A stretch of 64,000 nt of DNA from Dimorphilus gyrociliatus (taxonomy: Eukaryota > Animalia > Annelida). Under the pieces are notes generated by a model that was not told where the DNA came from, ran no database searches, and was given only the letters and a program-made list of their open reading frames with translations. Of this stretch, positions 55,191-64,000 are shown piece after piece. Location of the stretch: positions 310,001 through 374,000 of the forward strand of contig CAJFCJ010000018.1 in the NCBI GenBank assembly GCA_904063045.1, in the 5' to 3' direction. The translations under genes and the position numbers were made by a program. Positions within the stretch are counted from its first letter, which is position 1; each line of letters opens with the position of its first letter.

Positions 55191-57739
55191 TACAGCGTAT
55201 ATTTATTTTTTGCTGAAATACATCTAGTTTATACAATGTACAGAACAGAATATATAAAATTCTTTAAAAAATATAGCAGAGTTTACATTTGTAAATAATT
55301 TTCATATTATGCTTAGGATAGTACAATACTATAGGTTTTTTTAATACTTTATGAGTATGCGAAATACAACACATAAATTTTACACCTGAAACATTTGTAT
55401 CAACCGTTGGAAACGCGCTGACATTTTAGACGGTCCTCATTTGCAGATGAGGCGACACCGAACGTGTCTTAATAATAACTTATGATCTTTCGTTCGTCTT
55501 TTACATAAACACCAAAAAAGGCGTAAAAGGGAATTTGACGGAGAAATATGTCATGAATATTTAAGTATGTGTGACTGAAGTGCAGTAGACAAGTACAATA
55601 TTCAACATATTCATTGTCTATGTTATTATTTCATTCGGTTCTCTAGTCGATTTCACCCAGAAACGACTAAAGTTTTTTACATATTCTGTGAATATGTAAT
55701 ATATACTATCGAAGCTGATAGCTAAAGAGACCAATCGCTTATGAACTCAATGGGTAATAGAAAAGATATTTTGTAATTAATAAAGGGTGAGAAAAAACCG
55801 TTATAAGTGACTATAGAAGTGTTATGTGCGTAGAATAAAGAGGAAAAAACTCACTTGGTGAATATCTGTTTTCACAATTATTTTTCGACATCAAAACGCC
55901 ATCCTCGCAGATAGGGCTCATACTTCGACCGTTTCATATAAGGAAATGACGCTTGACGTCTCCTTTTCAATACAGTACATATTTTATTCAAGGAACTTGG
56001 CGTTTGAACTAATTGCAAGACTAATCAATCAGTCAAGCTTTATAATAAAATGTACATATGCATCTTTCATTTCGTTTGGCAGTGAACGTTCAACTGCCCT
56101 CTTAGATTGTCCCTATCTCTTATGTATGAATAGAACAGTATTTGTGTAAGTTAATTGTCTGTTAAGTCGAATAGTTTAAAGTGGTTCCAAAAGCTAGTAC
56201 AAGAGTGGAACGAGTGAGGCCAGGTGTGTTGGAAAGAAATAACACAAACATTCGCAAGATACATTCTACTGCATTGCTCATGCTGCTGCTTCTCTCTCAG
56301 CAACTTTTCAATTGCCTTTTTTTTACAAAAGAAAGTAGAAGCAGAAAAAGTTATAATGAACAAATATGACATGACGAAGAGCTCCAGGTCATGTGATCAT
56401 ATTCAGCCAATTACGAGTGAGATAAGAGCTCAACGCTGGGACAATGACGACTAGATGCTTACAGTTCCAATTGCAGTTAGTTCAATCTAACTGCAGAACA
56501 AGATTCGCGATCGAATATCAAAAAAAGAGTTGGAAAGCCCGTTAAAAGTGAAGTAATGCGCTAATTTACACCGGCAGTCTGTCCTAATTAATTTACACTT
56601 GTTAAAACATATATGTGAAAAAGGAACATTTCACGGGAATATTTACCATGTCCACCCACATACGTAGAGAGCGCATAACACGAATGCATTAGAAACAGAC
56701 GCTGTCGAACTCATTACGATCAGATTAACACCGCATTATCGAACAATTGCGTCAACAGATGACGTCATATTCTTTTTTCTTTTCTTCCATTCAAAGCAAA
56801 TCTTAAAATTTTACAAATTTTTCGTTTGCATATCAGGTGTTATGCTCTTTTAGACTCTATCATTTCTCCTCTTCACTCTAGCTTCGCACCTGAGCTATTA
56901 CTATCTTCGTTCACTAATTAGAAGATATATGGTAAGTTGTATGTCAACGTGTATATAAAAACCAATGTGTTGCTGAGAATTTTTGAGACGGTGAGAGTAT
57001 TGGCTATTAGTGACTTGCCGTAACTTACTTTGAAACTATTAGCGAAGAGAGTGGCCCTAAGGCTCCCCTCTCTTTCCTTCTGGCACACTCTTCCGCATCA
57101 CCTCTTCTTTCATCTACAGTTTAACTCGTTGTTCTAATCGGGCTACTTACGAAAGTTTCTTTCAATGACTTGTATTTGACTTGTATTTAAAATTTTTGAA
57201 GTCTTTATAAAAATTCTGACAATATGTATTAGTAATTAGCGAACTTATCCAACAGTAAATGATCACAGTTGTAAGTGATGCATATACAACAAAGCGTGAA
57301 GCGGACACGAAAGCTTTTTATTAGAATATTTAGTGCATAGAATCTCTCTTCTAGCATTCTTTGATAATAAAACTCAATGGGTATCCAATTTTTAATCGCT
57401 ATCATCGATTGTATCGAGTCATATGTATTTGTATAGATACTCAATGCAGAAAATTTGTTTCCGCTATTATTTAGCTATTTCTTTTTGCAGTTATGTTTAT
57501 TTAATATTTATAGTGATACACAAGCTATATGTATGCATTCATACGATAAGTTTCTAATGTCAGTCAAGTTTGTGACATTTGCTAGAAGGTCGAGGTTGTC
57601 TACCTGAGCAAAAATTTGCTATAAGGTAATGTCAAAGAATCTCTAAGAAAGGTCAATAGGTGCGAAAGTAAACAATGAGAGTTTACAACAGAAGTGGGTA
57701 ATCCGAAAAAAAGAGATATTAAAAGAAATGGTTACTTAC

Positions 57740-57842
57740 GATTAGCTATAACTGAACTGTAGACTACTTCGTCCAAAATGTCTTCCTCCGTATCAACTTT
57801 AACGCGAGTTAGAAGAAAGTGATCGGAGCGAGAAGAATGCAT
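57740..57842 (-). CDS. NR4A: Candidate alternative first coding exon of NR4A (distal isoform)
   Basis: ATG 57842, MHSSRSDHFLLTRVKVDTEEDILDEVVYSSVIAN, perfect donor C|GTAAGT in phase 1, in frame with the phase-1 acceptor at 52166. Confidence 0.55.
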
Positions 57843-57922
57843 GCATTACAACCTTCGCCTCTCCATTCCTTTCTACTTTCGTAAAACTTTTCCTCGAATT
57901 CTCCACCAGAAAACTCTGCATC

Positions 57923-57943
57923 TGACGTCACGTGATGACGTCA
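57923..57943. promoter_or_regulatory. CRE-Ebox-CRE composite (TGACGTCACGTGATGACGTCA), probable NR4A distal promoter
   Basis: Two perfect CREs with an overlapping TCACGTGA, 80 bp upstream of the candidate distal exon ATG. Confidence 0.6.
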
Positions 57944-60900
57944 CTGCGAATGGAATAGCCATTAAGGGGAAAAGAGGAACGAACTAAGTGCAGCCGTTTA
58001 ACAGACAAGAGCGCATGTCTTCCTACATTACCCAACAACTTTAATATAAACTCACGTCTAATTTGTATGTAAACATATTTATATATCCAAAATCTGCTTA
58101 AAATCAATTTCTTGCCAATATACATAAGCCGTGTTTTACGCTCATGCAGAAAATTAGCTTTAGGGTTTTCAGTTTATTTTCTCGACCCAACCCTGCTTTA
58201 CGCTACTCAGTTTTTTGATTAGAATATAAATAAACCCAAATTTGACCCTGTCCTTAACCCATAAATAGATATTTCAATTCAATTCTCTGTTGGGCAAAGT
58301 AAATTACGAAGATTAGTCAAAAAAATTAAAAGCGATTGTTTATTAACAAGATGGGCAGTTGCAAAGAAGAGTCAAGATGCCTGGGGACAAATTCAAAGGG
58401 CGTTCAAGCGAAAAAAAAACATGCATGCATGGATTGTTAGACAGAGAACAACTTCTGAATCTTAAATGCAAATTATTCATTTAGAAATATGTACTGCACA
58501 TCCGAGTATAGAATGTTGTTTCTTTATTTACCCGGTAACTATGAAAGTGTGATATTTCCATAATATATTTATTGTATATATAAAAAGTGGATACTAATGA
58601 ATATACTTTGGAAGGAATTTTCTTCATTTAATTAATATGCATGTATTAACACGGAACAATAAAATTCTTTAATGCACTTTTAGAGCTTTCCGTGCATATT
58701 CCTTTCTAAACACAAGTTTGAACCTTCTTGGATGATATAAATGCAAAGGAAAATATAAAAAAAAAACCGATAAACAGCAACTCGCGATGAAATGCAGAAG
58801 GAAAGGTCAAAAAAAGATGGAGGTCTTGAAGGTCAATTGAACTGACCGCGAAAATGATAGAAAATTCTTTATAGTGGAAATAGATTTTTGATGTTTGAGC
58901 ATATGAATTTTCCTTCAGGCACATTGAGTGTCACAAATTATTTTCTTTCGACATACTTCTCTCTGATTTTTTGCCGCTGCTTATCGGCCACTTGAGATCT
59001 GTTAACGACTTACTCAAACGTTTTGCAGATTATAAGAGAGATAAGCAGAATTTTTCACCATGCTCCACTCTCATGCAGATATATACAAAAATAAAGAGGC
59101 AAACAGGCGGTCACGTGTAGAGGAAACGTTTACTTTTCCAGCAGCGATCATCAAGGTAGCTTACGTCATCAGTAAGAGACTCATAATGCTTGATTATAGT
59201 TTTATACGTGATAGCGTTTGCGTTTCTTTGTTTTCCTTGCATGGTCAAAAAATTTATGCAAAAATTAATATGTTAGATGAGATAGCTTAATATAAAGCCT
59301 CAACTGTTAATTGAATGATGTAATAATTGTAATGCATATATAATTTAGCCAGACACCATCTGAAAACGGCATTGTTGACATTTTGAGTGAGACGCTAATT
59401 TGCACTAGCATCCAGTAGCTTCATTGTTATTAGTGAATTTTCCAGTTTTTGCAGTGCGGTTGACATTTCGGTCGAGTATATCTCTATACGCTCATTAAGC
59501 CGCTCTCTCATTTGCAAATATTATTGGTGGTTAATTGCAATAGCGCATGATTCTAGAAAGTTGTAGAAGAAAAAAAATCAGTATATTTTCGCTTCTCAAA
59601 TATATACAAAGTGGCGAACAATTTAGCCCGACATCCAAACAGCCACTTCACCCCGTATGTACCCTGCTATTCTGGAATGCTACACATCTGTGTACAAATA
59701 GTCTAGTGGGATATGGACTCATGCAATCGGTTTTATCTAATCGAGTCTTCTATTATGGCACCTGATTTATTTTTACTTATTTTTTTAGTGATATATGTAA
59801 AGGATTATATATTTTATTCACGTTTACGGTTCGAAACTAACCAATAGATTTTCTAATCCAGCAACGCATCAGTGCAACTGTAAGAAATAGTATCTGCGGA
59901 TGAAAAGATGAGTGGCAACAGCTGATTCAACCGCAATACATTGGATGCAACATTGCCGAAAACTTTTCTATATTCTTTTCCCATTATATATCATATAATT
60001 ACATCATATTTTATAGTGTAGTAAACACCGAATTCAGTAGGCCTATTAGAAAGGTGAACTTTGTTTCTAATAGAAATTAGGAAGGATCGAAAGGCGGTAA
60101 AAAAAACATCCTCTGGCTGTTGTGTGTATACACGTGTACTGACCATTTTCTTGCTTTACGGAAACATGAAAAGACATTTAGGGAATGCTTGTAGCGTCGT
60201 ATCGCTATCGGCTATACTGTTTACCTTTCGGTTTTTATTAAGTGTGTAAGCAAACTGCCTTGCATACAAATTTTTTCAAATTTCAATAAAAATCTTATGT
60301 GAGTAGCAAAAAGTTATAGCAAACGCTTGTCCGATAAAAATATCTTCTTTTCATTGAGGAACTAGAAGAGGTAAAATTTAATGGAGCGAAAACTAGAGGG
60401 AAATTATTTGAAATCAGTTTTGATGTAGATAATTAGAGATCATATTTTTTTATATGTACAGCGCAAATCCTTATTACTACTTGTGCTATATTAAGTGAAT
60501 GGGTAAGAGTTTCGAACGAAGGTTAATACAGGATTAACTTTTTACTGATAATTATTGAATTACGATATTAATGAAATTTTTATGACATATAAGAAATATA
60601 CCGTTACTTTAACTTTTTTTTGGCTTTTATTATTCCAAAATAAATAGAGAAACTGCTCGATGTAATTTCTCTTGACAACCCATGAAATATCCCGTTAACA
60701 CGTTATCAATGGCAGGTACATATAGAGATGGGCAGTCAAAGAAGAAATGCCGGAGGCTCAGACTGTAAATGTCAGTGAGCTGATGATCAATTGAGATATA
60801 TCATAAATATGTCTTAATCTTTTTCGACTTTTATCCACGTTTCTACCTTGCACCACCAACTCAATCTAATTAGCATAAAGCGATTATATGACGACAGTAT

Positions 60901-62473
60901 GTCAGTTCGGATCGAAAGGCGTTAAGGCAGACAAGTTCTTTCCGGCTTTCATCTCCCTTGTAGCGCATTTGACCTTTTCCAGTCTTCAGGTGCTTCCTCA
61001 TTCTTGATGAGGCATTGCTAGATGCTCGATCAGACGATTCCCCTGTGCAATATGGGGGAAAGCTCATTTTTCTGTTGAGACATTTTCTAGTCCAAATAAT
61101 AAGTTTTGCTGTTTTCTAGATTCAATTTTCAAAATATCTCATACCTTATATACGCATTGCATATCTACGATTTCTTCTCATATTTTCCAGTAAGCCACTC
61201 TGGCCTATCGCCTGCGCAATGCGCGCTTGTCCTCAAAACCAGCTGTAAACTCACTTCAGCCATACGTTTTCTTTTTCATTTCCCGTTAAATAATTCCTTA
61301 TCCGATCGAATTGAAAACTATCCTCCGCCTGTTCGAGTAGACTCTATTCTGACTACTAAACTAACATTTATAGAGGAGAGTGTGGACATTTGTTTATTTG
61401 ATCTTTACCATTCAAATGTCAAGACATTCAGGCAATCTTATAACTAGTAAGATGTCTTTTTCTGGCATTTTCTTTAGAAAGTACGAGTACGCTCAATTGT
61501 TTTTGTGAATATATAATAGATAGTAAATGTGCAAACAGTAGCAGAACTCTTTAGTTTCGTGTAGCGAGAGGGCAGAGGAGAATTTCGAGCTACCTTATAG
61601 ACTTGAATTTCAGTTACATTAATTACAACACTCCGAGGCAAACAATATTTTATTTGACAATTTTGTATAGGCTATCTAATTTTATAGAACTTATTAGAAC
61701 TTTATGAAACAAAGCCTTATCAGATTAGTTTTTTAATGATTGTTTTAATGCAAAATACAACATTCAATGAATTTGCAGTTCTTTTTATATTCAAACTTCA
61801 CTAACCTTTATTTTATTTTTGCATTAATTTAAGAGGAAAAGCTCAATATGCAAGACCATATTGTTGCGATAGAGCTAAGCTGACCATGCATGCGGCGAAA
61901 AGAAAGCAAAAACAAATCAAAAATTGATAGGATCGACTAAAAACGACGTATGCCTGCCAAAACAAAGTCTACCAAAGAGATAAGTGAACATCTCTTCCTT
62001 TTTAACGCGTACCACTCGGCACGAGACCATGTTGCTGCTCTAATCGCATCCATTTCTACATTCAAAAGTAAATTACTTCTGAAGGCGGTAATGTACCCTG
62101 ATATATCTTTATCTTCGGTCTTATCATTAGTAGATAATCACCTCTGTTTTTAATTGGCGTCGACATCAGCTGATATTTTTCCTATGTATTATCACAGTCA
62201 GATATAGAACAAAGGGTTGAAGTGATAATTGGCACACAATTATAGGAGAGTCACTATTATTTTAAAAAAAGATAATAAGCACAGATACATAATGGTGAAT
62301 AGATATATTCATAAATTTATTATGAATTTTCTGTAACTATTATTGTTTCCTCAATTTGATTTTATCCAGGCCATTTAGTGGAATTATATTTAATGTTTAA
62401 AACTGTAAGAGAGCACAAAGCTGCTTTCGACGATTAAAGAAATGCTAACGTTGTTATTCGTCGTTGATAAAAG

Positions 62474-62487
62474 GCACTAGATGGCAT
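62474..62487 (+). promoter_or_regulatory. CTCF-like motif, forward (GCACTAGATGGCAT); weaker copy at 62674-62687
   Basis: One mismatch to consensus, at the far end of the NR4A upstream region. Confidence 0.55.
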
Positions 62488-64000
62488 TTTAGTAGTTGAA
62501 GCAATATCCAGAAGATGGAGTTATATGTCACTCTTTTTCTTCCTCAATACTCAGAAAAAATTTAATGAATTAAACCACTTATAAGAATGATTCTCAATTG
62601 TAGTAAAAGTATCTTAGCCAAATTTTAATGTGCGGTTAAAACCCGATATTTATCTATTAAATTTTCTAAACAAACTTCAGATGGCACTAGTTTTCATTTA
62701 GAAGCGCAATATTTTTGGAGCAATCGAATGCCTTGGGATTATTTCCCAAGTAAGAAACAGTGATACGCCTTGAATTTTTATAACATGTAATTTTAATTAT
62801 TTATCAATTGTATATTCTTAGTCATGAAACTGCCGTTCTAGTATATCGTTATCGTAAATGTCAATTTGATGCTTGCAGATAGGCGAAATTATTTTGTTGT
62901 ACTTTTCTTCGATCGTAGGTTTAAATATATTATTGGTATTCGACACTCAAGAGGATCCAAAGGTGAAATTTGTCGACGGTACTGCTGGTTTTGATAGCAT
63001 TTTAAAACTTTATAGGTTGACTCTAAGAAGTGTATTGTAAATCGTCTATAGTAATATAGCGAGAGAAGGAGGTGTAGCAAAGGACAAAGGACAAATATTT
63101 GCTTGAAAGCCTATCAATAAATCCACAAAAGAAGCAGGATAGCTTTCAGCCTCGTTTTGGCCACTTTGTAGCAGACGATTCTTTTTCAACGGCTGGATCA
63201 CCAACTTTTATTCGCCCCTTTCTTCAATTAAAATAATATAGATATATTGTTTTCATATTGAACTAGTGGGAGTTTTACCTGGATGAGACTTGAAATGTAC
63301 AAAAATTCAGTGAGTTTTTAAGTTTCTTTTTCTAAAATTCTCTTCTCACTCATCGAGTGGGTTAAATGAAGAGAACTGACAAGCTTATGCAGTAATTGCG
63401 TCACAATAACATTTATATTATATAACTACTCCTCTGATTTGAAATTCTCTCGAAATCTTAAAAGACAAAGGATGCCATTAAGATGACTTCGTGGTGGTCT
63501 TTCATTGTTAATAAAGTGGCTCATTTACATGAGGAACTCATACCAATCAAAACCAAATTTAAAAGACCAACTCAGAGATCTTTCATCTTAAACCGCTTTT
63601 AGGTGAACAGTCTATATCAAACCAGGTGGGACTTGCATAATCTTAGAATTTTGGATGCGACTTCATTCGCCCATCAATCACAGACTGCCCGCATCTTGTA
63701 TTTTCTTTAGGCCTGACTGGTATCGTATGACACTTTTGTTGATATAAATATGAAGCGAGTGGACACTGCACGCTCTTGTGCTTGACCGAACGGATGACCG
63801 GCGCTTGAAAAGTGGCAATTACAGGCGCCAAAATGACGTAAATTCTCGCTAACTTTCCTTAATCGCAATCTGTTCTATAACTCAGCTCTTTTTTGCCTTT
63901 TTTCTTTGAATGCGCAAGCGCCGAAGATGAATGAACATATATAAAAGACCTACGTATATACTTTGATGCGCATTTCCGTCTTTTTGCCATATAATAATTG

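Noticed and set aside
56472-56495. Perfect 9-bp hairpin TGCAGTTAG-TTCAAT-CTAACTGCA (and a bulged stem at about 56364-56402)
   Set aside because: Stems of this length are expected by chance in 64 kb; they match no known RNA family.
60870-61067. 65-aa minus-strand ORF upstream of NR4A
   Set aside because: No homology recognised; it stops before the nearby donor (60847), so it cannot join NR4A in frame. More likely enhancer or UTR sequence.
62188-62210. TATCACAGTCAG resembling the miR-2 family
   Set aside because: Only the seed matches and the upstream arm does not form a clean pre-miRNA stem.

Overview
Compact, AT-rich bilaterian animal DNA (GC roughly one third, by eye) with mostly 50-100 nt spliceosomal introns. 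It is not prokaryotic, and I found no CRISPR, rRNA, tRNA or recognisable transposase. The style would fit a miniaturised spiralian genome such as the annelid Dimorphilus, but that is an unverified guess. I reconstructed 11 spliced protein-coding genes by hand: an EGF-NIDO-AMOP-VWD (Mesh/SUSD2/MUC4-like) gene running off the left edge, an LZTS-family gene, FoxF, Sp6-9, UBE2Z, CHCHD7 (absent from the ORF track), Mox, a GPR158/179-like class C GPCR, an SLC5A sodium:solute symporter, uridine phosphorylase, and Dlx and NR4A at the right. There is also a low-confidence orphan micro-exon gene at about 9-11.5 kb. The most striking non-coding signal is an orientation-patterned series of CTCF-type motifs, three of them perfect consensus. 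They sit at the junctions between each developmental transcription factor (TF) gene and its neighbours, mostly as convergent pairs enclosing FoxF, Sp6-9, Mox, Dlx and NR4A. This suggests vertebrate-like insulated mini-domains of only 4-14 kb. Other highlights: a dense relic of the HOX-bearing ancestral linkage group; GLI sites around FoxF; two in-frame alternative first coding exons of NR4A, the distal one under a CRE-Ebox-CRE element; and orphan CRE/TATA promoter-like modules in the Dlx domain. Motif-level claims are inferences. Chance expectations are hand estimates assuming about 33% GC.
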